Source: Paraspadella gotoi
Lineage: Eukaryota; Animalia; Chaetognatha
Assembly (NCBI GenBank): GCA_051294375.1
Contig: JBJCIZ010000239.1
Coordinates: 5,723,074-5,787,073, forward strand
Length of the DNA stretch: 64,000 bases
Reading direction: 5' to 3'
Shown here piece by piece: positions 23,308 to 36,745 of the stretch (position 1 is its first letter; the number at the start of each line of letters is the position of its first letter). The notes beneath the pieces are model-generated. The model did no database searches and was not told the DNA's origin. It was given only the letters and a program-made list of their open reading frames with translations. The translations under genes and the position numbers were made by a program.

Positions 23308-23662
23308 ATGAAATTGGGTAACCAATATAAAAAATCCATTTTAATATAAAAAACTAACTTAAGTCGCCCCTGACTTTTGACAGACATCCTGCATTCATCC
23401 TTCTTACAAGATTATAAAATAAAATTATCATTTCATTCAATAAATCTTACAAGATTATAAAATAAAATTATCATTTCATTCAATAAATCAGCTTTATTGT
23501 CCAGACTTTGGCTATTGTGGTTTACGGCCTTCATTCCTCTTACATTATATGAAATTGGTACAACCAATATAAAAATTATCCATTCATTTAATAAATAAGC
23601 TATCTTGCCCTTGACTTTGGACAGGCTTTGGTGGTTTAAGGTCCTCCATCACTCTTACAAGA
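23308..23662. mobile_element. Family-E ~115-bp repeat, tandem and degenerate copies
   Basis: TATGAAATTGGTACAACC...GGACAGGCTTTGGTGGTTTAAGGCCTCCATCACTCTTACA. Other copies at ~27980-28071, 56463-56573, 56788-56898 and 58387-58500. Confidence 0.8.
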
Positions 23663-24415
23663 TATAGTAGACTTATTTTGAAACAAATATACATATAAAT
23701 ATAATACATATCGCATTGTCCCTTCCAAGTCCACTCCTGCGAATCTCTCAAACGATTTCCCAAAGTGAGTCAATGCTGCGAATTCCGCTGGAATTGTTCG
23801 CAGAAGATCGAGCCTCACTCATTCGGAAGGCAGGGTCTCTTTAACGGAGACCGCGTCGGGTTGGGAAGTGAGTTTCCTCTTGAAGGCAGCGGATGAAGAA
23901 AGTTTAAAGCGAAAGTTTGCTCAAGTGTATCGTAGTAGTTTGGTTGTGCCTCGGTTGTAATACGAGCAGAAAACTAGAAGTTGTATCTTTTGTCAAATTA
24001 ATCAATACGTGTTTTCTGCGGGGCAATTTTTCTCGAAACAAACGCCAAGAAACAAAAGATGTTTCTTTAGAAATCATTCGTGATTCATAAATATTTAATA
24101 ATTGATAAGACATTATTCAAGACGAATCCCAGGTACAAATAGTCACAAAACGGTACAAATTACATACTTACATACTTACATACTTACATTCGTACATACT
24201 TAGTTAAAGAAAAAAACGTGTTTATCTTTTAAAATGTAATTACGAAACAGAAATTACTACGAGTATCATTTGTTTGTTTTTTCTCTCAGCCACTCGCTAC
24301 CTCTGCGACTGCGACGCCCCTTTCGCCCGCTGCCTAAAACTGGCGAAAACAATAGAGACTCACGTTTTGGGTCACATTAACTTCAACGTTCAACGAAGGC
24401 GTTGTTTCAAAGAGG

Positions 24416-24498
<83 letters not shown>

Positions 24499-25033
24499 TA
24501 TTGATTGATTTATTGATTTATTGATTGATTGATTGGTTGATTGATTGTTTGTGAAGGTTTTTTGGATGAGTCGGTATAAAGTTTCAAAGCTACAAGATTT
24601 TGTCTAAAAAATTGGACATTGAGAGTGAGTTTCATTCCAACAAAAAAAATTTAAAACAATATTTAAGATATTTTCCAAAAAAAAAAAACCCGGTGCGTCT
24701 CTAACGACTTTTTCCGACCCATTTCTCTAACCCCTTCCCCTCATTATCTCCCTCCGACCGAACCTTTCCGACCGCTTCCAAGGGTCGCCCCCAAGTTTGC
24801 CTAGAGGAGCGAGTCCTCCCAACTCCTCGCTGGAGCCGGCCCAGTTGGAGCCGCTCCAGTTCGATCGGCAAGGACTGCGTCCGGTGGGGAGAGAGCGAAA
24901 ATGGTGAGGTCAAATGGAGATTCTACGATCAAAACACTTATCCTTATTGAAGAGTGAATAACTTACCATTTTTGGGAGAAGAGTCGCCATGACTACTGTT
25001 GTTTAATTATTATGATTTATGAATATAGATATT

Positions 25034-25267
25034 TGAAGAGACAGTAATTATTGTTATGAGTTAGTGATAGAACCGTTCAATATAAGCAGTCCCTGAGCTT
25101 CGGATCAGGCTGTAACACCATGTTACAGGCGAGTTAAGCGCCCCGTCCCTCTTAACTGCCAGACGACCACCGGGCTAGAACCCCGGACCTTTGGGTTGGG
25201 AGGCGAATGACTTGCCTCCGGCACCAATGGCCGCTGATGAACGGTTGGTGGATTTTAGTCCACCATA
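25034..25267 (+). mobile_element. Family-C solo-LTR-like element (TG...TA, 4-bp TSD TATT) with internal tRNA-like cassette on the minus strand
   Basis: TATT|TGAAGAGAC...GTCCACCATA|TATT. The reverse strand reads GCGGCCATTGGTGCCGG...GGTTCTAGCCCGGTGGTCG. Confidence 0.8.
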
Positions 25268-25945
25268 TATTGTTTAAAAATTTATAGACGAAAGATGCTA
25301 TGGCCGTTTGTTTAAATCGTCCACACGTTTGAACAATGTCAGCCAAACGATGATAACTCGTGTGATAACGGAGAATTCAAAAGGGTTGTCAACGTTCATT
25401 TTAATGACAGCCACGAATTAGATAACAAAAATGATTATAACGACGAAATTAATGACACCAGCGATAACAACGATAATTTTAAGGACAGAGATAATCGAGA
25501 TGTCAACAATTGTTGTGATAACAACAACCATTTTAATGACAGCGACGAACTAGACGACCGTAATTTTTATGATGATGAGACGAAACGTGATCAAGTTACC
25601 GATGTCCATTTTGAAATCATTTTGACGACGACGACGACGACGACGACGACAATAACAAGGAATTATGTAATTTAACGCGATTTTCTCATTCATTTTTAGA
25701 TACTTAACTGTCCTCATTTGTTCGTTTATACTGCTTGTTTAATTTTTGACGCATTGTACACTTCTTCGTCAGGGGACCATGAAATTTGGCTTGGATTGAA
25801 AATTTTGATTGATTTTCAATATTTTCAGATTGACTTTACAATCGTTATTCGCCATTTTTTTTCTTTTTCTGCTCATGAAATAAATATTTTGAACGTCTTA
25901 TGTTGTTCAAATATTATTTTAAACCAATGTAAATTGTTCTCCTCC

Positions 25946-26042
<97 letters not shown>

Positions 26043-26751
26043 GCTTTTTATAGCGATATATCTAACTTTCTCACTGAACGTTTTTAATTGAACAGAAAAT
26101 TCACCAGGCAATGACGACGTTATTATTAATTCGTAAAAAGGTAAGAAAATACAATATCAGATATTAGATATCGGATATCGATCAAAATGTAATAAAATAC
26201 TTTATCAGATACGTAAGCGCCGCTTCGATAGAAAAATCCGAATTAAATTAAGTGAAACCGAACTGGGATAATTAGAAATTGCGGAAAAAAACCGTGAGAG
26301 GATTCATTCGTTCATTCGTTCATTCGTTCATTCGTTCATTCATTCATTCATTCATTCATTCATTCATTCATTCATTCATTCACTCTTTCGTTATTCTTCT
26401 TTTCTATTTGTCAGTCTATCCTCGTTCACTAATTTTCTGTCACCATTACTTTAGAAATTAGTTCATTCATTCACTAGTTCATTCTTTGACAGTATTTCGT
26501 TCATTCTTTGACAGTCTTTCGTTCATTCTTTGACAGTATATCGTTCGTTCTTTCGACCTCTTTTATCTTCGCTCTTTCGCGGTGATTTTTTTTCCTTCAT
26601 GTTCTTCGAAGAAATTGACTCTCCACTTTGTAGATGTGAATCTAAAGGGGGAAAAAATTAGAGTGAAATCAATTTTAATATTTAAAGTTCTGATAAAATT
26701 CTTACTATTATTATTTTCTCGTCATCATTTTTATGTCTGGACAGCTGTAAA

Positions 26752-27810
26752 TTTTGTATGTAGTCCTATGGAAATGTCTTTTCCCTTTTGTATGTAGTCA
26801 TATGGGAAATTGGGTTGGGTTCCCCTTTTTGTGATGTTAGTTCGTATGGAAATGGCTGTTCCTTTTTGTATGTAGTCCTATGAAAATGGCTGTTCTCTTT
26901 GTATGTAGTCGTATGGAAAATGGCTGTTCCTTTTGTATGTAGTCTAATGGAAATGGCTGTTCATTTTGTATGTAGTTCGTATGGAAATGGATGTCCTTTT
27001 GAATGTAGTCATATGGAAATGGCTGTTCCCTTTTGTATGTAGTCGTATGGAAATGGCTTGTTCCCTTTTTGTATGTAGTCATTATGGAATGGCTGTTCCC
27101 TTTTGTAATGTAGTCGTATGGAAATGGCTGTTCCCTTTTGTATGTAGTCGTATGGAAATGGCTGTTCCCTTTTTGTATGTAGTCATATGGAAATGGTTGT
27201 TCCCTTTTGTATGTAGTCGTATGGAAATGGTTGTTCCTTTTGTATGTAGCATATGAAAATGGCTGTTTCTCTTTGTATGTAGTCGTATGGAAATGGTTGT
27301 TCCCTTTTTAATATGTTAGTCATATGGAATGGCTTTTCCCTTTTGTATGTAGTCGTATGGAAATGGCTGTTCTTTTTGTATGTAGTCATATGGAAATGGC
27401 TGTTCCCTTTTGTATGTAGTCGTATGGAAATGGCTGTTCCCTTTTGTATGTAGTCATATGGAAATGGTTGTTCCCTTTTGTATGTAGTCGTATGGAAATG
27501 GTTGTTTTCCCTTTTGTATGTAGTCATATGAAAATGGCTGTTTCTCTTTTGTATGTAGTCGTATGGAAATGGTTTGTTCCCTTTTGATGTAGTCATATGG
27601 AAATGGCTTTTCCCTTTTGTAATGTAGTAGTATATATGGAAATGGATGTTCCCTTTTGTAATGTAGTCATATGGAAATGGCTGTTTCCCTTTTTTTCTTG
27701 GGGTTAAATTGTAGTGCATATTTGGATAGATATGGTGTTCCCTTTTGTATGTAGTCATACGGAAATGGCTGTTCCCTTTTGTATGCAGTCGTATGGAAAT
27801 GGCTGTTCCC
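26752..27810. repeat. Minisatellite, ~34-35-bp unit, ~30 copies
   Basis: TCCCTTTTGTATGTAGTC(G/A)TATGGAAATGGCTGT head-to-tail with no unique spacers. Confidence 0.95.
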
Positions 27811-28135
27811 TTCTCAATTTTTTTCAATGAGGGTTAGGGACGAGGGTTTAAGGTTTCAAATTAGAGATAAAGTTTGAGGTTTAGGGTTTAAGATAAGGTT
27901 TTGGTTCAAGATTAGAATTAGGTATAAGCTTTAGGGGTTCGGTAAAAAGTTATGAGAATTTGTGAAATTGCTACGACCGATATAAAAATTATCCATTCAT
28001 TTAATAAATAAGCTAGCTTGCCCTTGGCTTTGGACAGGCTTTGGTGGTTTAAGGCCTTCATAACTCTTACAAGCTAATGACATAGAAGTCTCTGCAAGCT
28101 TTCAGTCGTTTTCAATCGTTTTAAATATTTAAGTT

Positions 28136-28384
28136 TGTGGCAGCAAGACTTAAAGCTGCCTCACTGCCTCAGCTTCGTCTCAATGGCTGAGCAGGCTAAA
28201 TCATCTCATTCCATCCGTGCGTCCCGGGTTCAATCCCTGGGTATCCCGGTTCTGGCTTAAATGTGACGGTGCCGGTATAAACATGCCAGTGACAGGAGGC
28301 GGTCACTGAGGGTCCGCAGCCCCTACGCCAGTTGGTGAGATACCCCGCGCCCCGGGTATCACAGGCTATCCTCCCGTTGCCATA
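28136..28384 (+). mobile_element. Family-A solo-LTR-like element with tRNA-like A/B boxes, TSD AGTT
   Basis: AGTT|TGTGGCAGC...GTTGCCATA|AGTT. TGGCTGAGCAGG is A-box-like and GGTTCAATCCC is a B box. Near-identical to 48960-49216. Confidence 0.85.
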
Positions 28385-28851
28385 AGTTTAATATTAAAGT
28401 TAGAAATAAAATTAAAGAACAGAAATCGCTTTTGAAAAAGGAAATCGATAATCAGTTTAACCCTGACTCACCAAGGAGACGGCATACAAGAGGCAAACGA
28501 AGGGAAAGACTCTTCGCGACATAAAACGACAAAATTGGAATTCTTTGTCCACGCAGATAGAGAGGGCGCCTTTTGGGGGGGGGGAACAAAATGGCGGACG
28601 ATAAAAAATGGGGAAATTAGAAAATGTACGATGGGGAAACTGACGAGGGTTTAATGAAAGGGCGAAAACTATGAGATTTTTGTTCATCAAAACGAAATAG
28701 TTTATTTTTAATATTCTTAATGAAGAAGAAATTTTATAAGTTTGAAAATAGTAAAAAAAAAATATGATCTTCATGGAAATAAATATGTTTATTTACGATT
28801 TGTTGACTAAACCATTATTTATTTACATTTAATGACAAAAAATAGTCATAG

Positions 28852-28889
<38 letters not shown>

Positions 28890-28919
28890 NNNNNNNNNNN
28901 NNNNNNNNNNNNNNCTTCT

Positions 28920-28951
<32 letters not shown>

Positions 28952-29259
28952 CTCTTCTCACCGAAGAAGTGAAAAATATTACAGGATCCACAACAGCCAA
29001 TTCGTGAAGACCATTCGTAAACGCCGACCGACTGCAGCATCTCGGCTAAACGCGACCGCCGCCCGCCACAGCTCCGACCCGCCCTGGCGCCGCGGCACCC
29101 GTCCGACCGCCCGTAAGGATGACCATGGCAGCAGATGATTACAAAACCGGAAATGAAAGAAGAAAAAGGAGTATAATGTCCCGAATTCCCAGAGGGCTTG
29201 ATCCTCAGGGAGCTGAACGCGTGCGGCGGTTGTCAGAATAGGAAAAAAAAGCGCGAATA

Positions 29260-30548
29260 CTAGGAAAAATCTCGAACCCCATGAAGATGGCTAGTGAAAA
29301 CGTCCCTTTCTTGGGCCGCGACTGCCGGTCGGCCTCGACGAGACGACTTACGGCGCGTCTCGCTGCACTCCAAAATCGCCGCCCGGAGTTGACCGAGTCT
29401 AAAACTCCATGCAAAAGCGATTCGGTTGGGGTTTTCGACCCTTGGTCCGAATGCATGTCCCAGTTTTTGCATTCTTCGGGATTCGTCTTTTTGGTCTGTT
29501 TTGCTAGTTCGGCACGACTGTCTCGGATTCCAGCTTTCGGCACGGACGAGACGATCCCGGGGTCGTCGTTGTTTTTGTATGGAGTGCCCGATGTGACAGG
29601 GAGAAGGCGGCCTTATCTGTGCCTGACTGTTTAACGAAAAAATGAAAGGTTGTTTGACCGCCGCTCCGACCGCCGACGCCGCGGCCGCCGCCGCCGCGTA
29701 AGGATGCATGGCGCGATGATACAAAACGGAATGAAAGAAGAAAAAGAGTCCGAATTCCCAGGCGGCCAGGGAGCTGCGGCGCGGTTGGCGGGCCGAGTGG
29801 CGTCCCTCCTTGGCGGACTGGAACGGCGACGAGGACGACGACGGCGTCTCGGTCGACGCCTCGATGGAATCCTCCATCAAAAGTTTCGCGGTTCCATTTT
29901 TTGATTCTCGGGATTCGTCGTCGTCGTTGGCGTTGGATTCCAGGCGGACGAGGTCGTCGTTGGGAGGAGAAGCGGAATCGCCTCTGGAGATGAGGAGGAG
30001 GAGGAAGAGGAGGAGGAGGAGGAGGGGTGTTTTAAAAGAGGGAGTGAGATGAAATAGAAATTGGACGAAATCGGAGTTCCACGCTCCAATAGGTTTGATT
30101 ACGGTTGTACTCGTGATTTTCCGCAAAGTAGGTACCTTTGAGAGTCGATTTCGGAACCTGACGGTCACAAGCTGGTAGTGATATTCTATGAGCCACAGTC
30201 TCACGATATAGGTGATCTGCTTACGCCTTACGGGCGGGGTAAACTTCTATGCATCTACCCCCCCCTCTTTCATCTTTCTCTCTCAAGATTTCATCGACTT
30301 TCCTCAACGGACCTGGCGTTCTTCCAGTTGCAGAATCCCCATCCGCTCTTCCATTTGGCCATGCAAGCGAAGCCAAAGACCCAAGCGGCGACGGAATCCG
30401 CGACGCCGTCCAACACGTAGGCGATCTGCTGCTGTCGCTCGGACACGAGCGGCTCCGGAGCGGCGCTGCTGCTGGCGGCGCCGGTGACGCTGGTGGCGAC
30501 GCTGGACGCCAAACGACGCCGCGTCATCTCGAGACGTTGACGAGCGAC
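29260..30548 (-). CDS. Partial gene of unknown function (exons 30548-30313 and 29983-~29600); 5' part lost in a gap, 3' part noisy
   Basis: GC3-rich exons joined by a phase-2 GT-AG intron (..WKNAR|GDSASPPNDD..). Contains an HPYAAAAAAA tract. No domain recognised. Confidence 0.45.
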
Positions 30549-32178
30549 NNNNNNNNNNNNNNNNNNNNNNNNNNNNNNNNNNNNNNNNNNNNNNNNNNNN
30601 NNNNNNNNNNNNNNNNNNNNNNNNNNNNNNNNNNNNNNNNNNNNNNNNNNNNNNNNNNNNNNNNNNNNNNNNNNNNNNNNNNNNNNNNNNNNNNNNNNNN
30701 NNNNNNNNNNNNNNNNNNNNNNNNNNNTCTCTCATTACCGAATGATAAAGAGAAGCAGCCCCACCCATCTCCACGAGACGTTTGGCGACTTGAGGCAGAA
30801 GTAAGCGAGAAGGCAGAGGAGGACCCCGACTGGAACCAATCAAAGGAAGCAAGCAATCAGTCGGTCGATTCGAGGGAAGCAATCATCCAGTCGAGCGACC
30901 GATGAGTTTATTTCATAATGTAGTGAAAGCTTAGAACGAAACATTTAACGAAACTTCATCTTAGTATATTACAGAAATAAACTTTTGAAGTTCCTCTTTC
31001 AAATAAAATCAAAACACAACAAAACAAACCCCCNNNNNNNNNNNNNNNNNNNNNNNNNNNNNNNNNNNNNNNNNNNNNNNNNNNNNNNNNNNNNNNNNNN
31101 NNNNNNNNNNNNNNNNNNNNNNNNNNNNNNNNNNNNNNNNNNNNNNNNNNNNNNNNNNNNNNNNNNNNNNNNNNNNNNNNNNNNNNNNNNNNNNNNNNNN
31201 NNNNNNNNNNNNNNNNNNNNNNNNNNNNNNNNNNNNNNNNNNNNNNNNNNNNNNNNNNNNNNNNNNNNNNNNNNNNNNNNNNNNNNNNNNNNNNNNNNNN
31301 NNNNNNNNNNNNNNNNNNNNNNNNNNNNNNNNNNNNNNNNNNNNNNNNNNNNNNNNNNNNNNNNNNNNNNNNNNNNNNNNNNNNNNNNNNNNNNNNNNNN
31401 NNNNNNNNNNNNNNNNNNNNNNNNNNNNNNNNNNNNNNNNNNNNNNNNNNNNNNNNNNNNNNNNNNNNNNNNNNNNNNNNNNNNNNNNNNNNNNNNNNNN
31501 NNNNNNNNNNNNNNNNNNNNNNNNNNNNNNNNNNNNNNNNNNNNNNNNNNNNNNNNNNNNNNNNNNNNNNNNNNNNNNNNNNNNNNNNNNNNNNNNNNNN
31601 NNNNNNGCGATAAATTTAGGGGTCCCCTTAATAAAGGGATAATCGCCGAGAAGGATTTCATTTGAAAAAATGTTCTTCATGCATCCTTTTATAAACCAGC
31701 AACTTTTAAAATATTATATTAATTTTTACTGTTTCGAATGAATTGATTGATTTATTGCCAAATTCGCTGGAAGACCCTGTAAGATAAAACTTTTTTGTTT
31801 TAAATGAACGGCATGAAAATAAGAAACTATGAAATTGGATAAATATGAGACAATATTTATTAGAACTTATGTATTATATAGAAATTCGTACTGAGAAAAT
31901 AGTCAAGTAACCAACTTTCTCGAATTAAAGCTACATTTTTTAATTATTCATTTAAACAAAGTTTGAAAAATATTTTCATCAACGATTTTATTTATTGATA
32001 TACGGACATGTTTCGACTCTTTATTTTCGAGTCTTCATTGTTTAAATCTCTACACTCAACGAAGCTGAAAGGATTAATACAATGGCTAATTATTCATTTA
32101 TACTTTCTCAAACAAAACGTGATTTTTATATATTGAAAATGCGTGGCTGATTAAGATTAATATCTTCTAAGATTGTTG

Positions 32179-32282
<104 letters not shown>

Positions 32283-32855
32283 CATATATATAATTCACTT
32301 TCTCTGCCGTCTCTAAATAAGAAATATACGTATTAATTTTGTTTCTATCTTTTATAATTAAAAAAAAATAATACTCAGGAACCGTACACCAACTGGGTAT
32401 TATCGCTAATACACCGCAGCAGACTTCTTTTGGACTAGAGCTACTGCTGCTGCTCTGCAGCAGCTGATATGCCGCAGTTGCTGCTACTGATTTTATCTCG
32501 TAAAGGAAAAACTGAAAATTCGAGCAGAGGTCGATATCACGTGACAATTGATAATTCTTTCGCGAGTTAAACAAGGTGTTTTAAAGTTTAGGTTAAGTTT
32601 AAGTTTAAGTTTTGTTTAAATTAAACAAAGTCGTTTTACTAATCTTACCTTCACTTCTTTACTCTGAAATGTCTCGTTCGGTTTCATGTCCTGAGGGAAA
32701 AAAAAACCAACTGAGTTATAACTTGAATATCATTTAACGTACATACAATATTTTAAACTTTTTATATATTCATTTTAAAATCTCTCATCGAGTAAAACAA
32801 GTAATGCGGCAACTGTTTTTAAATATCATAACTAATTTTCAACTAAGTAACACAA

Positions 32856-33090
32856 TATGGTTGACTAAAATCCAACAATCGTTCATCAGCGACCGTTGGT
32901 TCAGGAGGCAAGTCATTCCCCTCCGCAACCCAAAGGACCGGGTTTCTAGCCCGGTGGTCGCCTAGCAGTTAAGAGGGCTGGGGCGGTTAACCCGCCTGTA
33001 ACACGGTGTTACAGCCTGATCCGAAGCCCAGGGACTGCTTATATTGAACGGTTCTGTCACTAACGCATAACAATGATTACTGTCTCTTCA
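32856..33090 (-). mobile_element. Family-C solo-LTR-like element
   Basis: Reverse complement of 25034-25267. Flanks ACAA/ACAC match at 3 of 4 positions. Confidence 0.85.
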
Positions 33091-33178
33091 ACACTTTTAA
33101 AAATGTAATGTCCGAGAATGACGAACTTCGTCACTTTCCGTCCGATAAACAATCCAGGTATCAAATTTCGGAACGGAC

Positions 33179-33334
33179 TGTAGTCCGGGACTATTGGTGG
33201 ATTAAGTCACCCCGTTGCGCGTTCATGCGGCAATCAGCAGGGCGCGAACCCGAGTCCTTTGGGTTGGGAGGAGCACACGCAACGACGGGACCCTGAGGAA
33301 ATTCATTATGAAATGTTTTCCAGGCTGTACTACA
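33179..33334. mobile_element. Family-D TG...CA element with tRNA-like core
   Basis: TGTAGT...ACTACA inverted termini. Minus strand CTCCTCCCAACCCAAAGGACTCGGGTTCGCGCCC resembles the family-C tRNA-like core. No clear TSD. Confidence 0.5.
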
Positions 33335-35412
33335 ACAACAAAATTGTTAAATAGGAAAAAAAATTTCATAGTTATAATTCTACAGTCAACATAAAAGTGA
33401 AAAAAGTAAAAAACGGACGCATATCCAAGATATATATATATATATATGTAAATACGAAATCCACTTTATAGCACTTCAGGTAAAAAATTATTTTAAGCAC
33501 CAAAAGATTCTACTTATCAAAAATTCAAAATGTAATTGAGGAACGTTGACAACTTTTTCTGAGTATTTTTCAAACCGGTTTCTCCCCTTTTGGTTTCACA
33601 TTCCTACTTAAGAAATTCCTTGTTTTAACATGCCATGCCATGCCGTTCTATCTCAATTCCAGTTTGTAAGATGCACTGAGCCTAGGAAGGGTAATCACAT
33701 GGCCCAAGCTTCTGTGAACCCCTGTGTCCGTACAAGTCCCATAGCAACCCTCCCACCCTGATCACTTGTACGCTCTCTTGTACGCATCACCTGTATCAAT
33801 CTGCAGAGGACGAGGTCTCCCCTGTAAGCGACCACGAAGACGAAAAGGGTCGCGACGAAAATCCCCGCATTTTTGTCCAAAGTTATCATCGTTTTTGTTT
33901 TGTTTTTTTGTTTTTTTGTATTGTTTTTGTTTTGTTTTATGGTTTTATAGTAATAAATATTTTTAGAGTGTCGTAAAATTATAATTTAAAATAGTTTTTG
34001 CGGTTTTTTTTAACTTTTTCAGTACATTCAGTTTTTTTTTTATTATTTTATGAATTTTTTAAATTTTGTTTGCATTTTTTAAAAATATATTTTTCTTTTG
34101 CGTTTTCTGATCTAATCTCCAGAGATCGCGAAACAACAGATGAAGTATATTTAATATATACCGCGGTGTGTTCAGTTTAAATTCGTAGAGTCTTCCAGAG
34201 AAGCCGGGTCGGGTGGTCACCGGGGGGGGGGGAGCGATAGCGGATTAACAGCGAGATCGATTTAAAGTTTTACAGTAAAGACGGCATTGTTTTTTCTTCT
34301 CCAAAGGCACGCAGTTTCCTTCAAAGTACGAAGAAATACGAAGATATATTTTGAAAATATATTCCTTTTGAAAATCTTTCTTCGAAAAGAGTATTTTTCG
34401 ATCCGTTTAATACCGGACCAGGTAACGGGTTTTTTTTTTTTTTTCTTTTCTTTTTCTTTCTTTTTTTTTTCTTTTTTTTACCGACCAACCGTCGATATCA
34501 ACGACCAGCGCGAGTGTGAATGTACCGACCCGCGTCGCGAGATCATCGTATAGTGAGAGAGNNNNNNNNNNAGAGAGAGAGTGAAAAAAGCCGGATCGTA
34601 ATTGTTTCACTTTTTTTTTTTCTTTCTTGGCTGCGCTCGACGCCGGGTTTAATCTAATTTCCGACGATCGTTTATGATGCCGAGTTTTTAAGAAGAAGTT
34701 TGAACTTGTCCACAACCAGCGGCTTGGCGAGGCTGTAAAACAGAAGATATTGTAAAACAAAAGGAAAATTAATGGGTTTTGTTAAGAAATAGTTTTATGA
34801 GACACGTTAAACTTTTAATAAAAACCCATGTTGGTATTTATTTTTTGGTATGTACATCAAAAAGTTTAATGTCCAAATCGGGGTTTAGTTTAGTTTCCCC
34901 CCCATTAAAAAAAATTGGTTTAGTATATACAAAGTGTACTCCCCAAAGTTTGAGTTCAAATAATACAGTTAGATACCAGAGTTCATGGTCTTAATTTATA
35001 ATTATTTCTCAAAAAAGAGTTTAACCCTATTTATACTCGAATCTTGAATATTTTTTACCAATATTTTTTTATTGGTTTGTAGTTTACTTTTTTTTTAACC
35101 AAAAAATGTTTGTTTGATTCGTTTCTTCTTTTGAAGGTATTTTTACAAATGCGGGTTTTTTTTTCTGATTTTTCTCCGTTTTTTTTATTTTCTTTCGATC
35201 TTTTTTTCTNNNNNNNNNNTGTTCGATTCGTTTCTACTTTTGAAGGTTTTTTTACGCATGCGGGTTTTTTTCTGATTTTTTATTTTCTTTTTTTAACTTT
35301 CAATCGGTCTCGACTAATTTTTCTTTTGAGCTGTTGTACAATGTAATCAGTCACATATGTAATGACTGTGAATGGTCTTTTGGCTTGTATTCATAGCTGA
35401 AATGAAGGGAAG

Positions 35413-35508
<96 letters not shown>

Positions 35509-35743
35509 CAAAGAAAAGGAAGGTAAAAAAAATATGTACAATTGTATTTAGTCGAATCCGATTTCAATTCAAATTCTAAAAAAACGCTAAATTTATGGAT
35601 AATAAAATAGGGAAATTTGTTTTGAAAGCTTCCTCCATAATAAAGATTTAAAATGTCCGCCGATGATTTTCGACGGACACAATTTTCAACAAAAATCGAT
35701 CCGCTTAGACGGAAGGCGAATCCCGGTGCCAGTAAAAACGAAT

Positions 35744-35840
<97 letters not shown>

Positions 35841-35947
35841 AAGAATTATTTGCCTGTGCCACATTTTTAAACTCGTGATGTTGTCGAGTTTTTTGATCGA
35901 GATAAGAAGATAACGAAACCCACATTGAGTTTTCTAAAGGAAGGAAA

Positions 35948-36342
35948 AAACAAGATGGGTCCATCCAATGTGTTGCGCCGCAGTGACTTTCTTTTCGCGT
36001 GTATTTCCCTGTGATCGCATGACTATACGATTAGGAAATATATGTATAACAAATGTCTTATGGTTGATCACAACTCTGCAAAGTTTCATTTCAAACAACC
36101 AGACATTACATAATATATGCCGCATTTACTTTATGATCGCACTGCATTGGAATTCCGTCTTTTATTCTCTATAGTTTTAGGATTTCCTGAGGGCGACGCC
36201 AGCCGTCAAAAAATTTGAAGTTTTTTCCTGTCCTAACAAATGAGCAACCAAATATAAGAAAGTTACGATCATTTTTAAAATAAATGTGACAGACCGACCG
36301 ACTGAATAGTTGCTCCGCGAGAATTCGCGGCGCAACTAAAAA
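35948..36342 (+). mobile_element. DINE-1/HINE-like non-autonomous Helentron
   Basis: Starts AAACAAG, has a GACC/GACA microsatellite, and ends in hairpin TAGTTGCTCCGCG-AGAATT-CGCGGCGCAACTA plus an A run. The 5' part is shared with 45010-45170. Confidence 0.6.
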
Positions 36343-36683
36343 CTGTACGGAGCGAAGGAAATAGTTTTTTGTTTATAATATAATATATTTTGGTTCCTCG
36401 TGTGAGTTTTTATATTCGAATTGAGAATAAACGTAACATTTTAATAATAAAAAATTATGATTTAATGAAAGAAGCACTTTCAGGAATTTAAAAAACAATT
36501 TTAAAAATGAAAATTTAATTAAAAAAAAATATTATTAATATCTTACAACTGTCAAAAAACTACAATCAAAATTTGGGATCAGAATTTAAAATATCTCGAT
36601 GAAAAGTAGAAGAAAAATGGGAGTGTTTGATCAACGAGTCAAAGTTGAAAACTGGTTTTGAGAGTGAGACTTTTGGGACTTTT

Positions 36684-36745
<62 letters not shown>

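Noticed and set aside
25225-25250. CTGATGA in family C as a hammerhead core
   Set aside because: No correctly placed GAAA or stem III partner was found.
26752-27810. CRISPR-like regular ~35-bp repeats
   Set aside because: Units are head-to-tail without unique spacers, there are no cas genes and the context is eukaryotic, so this is a minisatellite.
28915-29640. Apparent diverged paralogous duplication of 29650-29790
   Set aside because: Differences are scattered small insertions next to an N gap, typical of an uncorrected long read used for gap filling.
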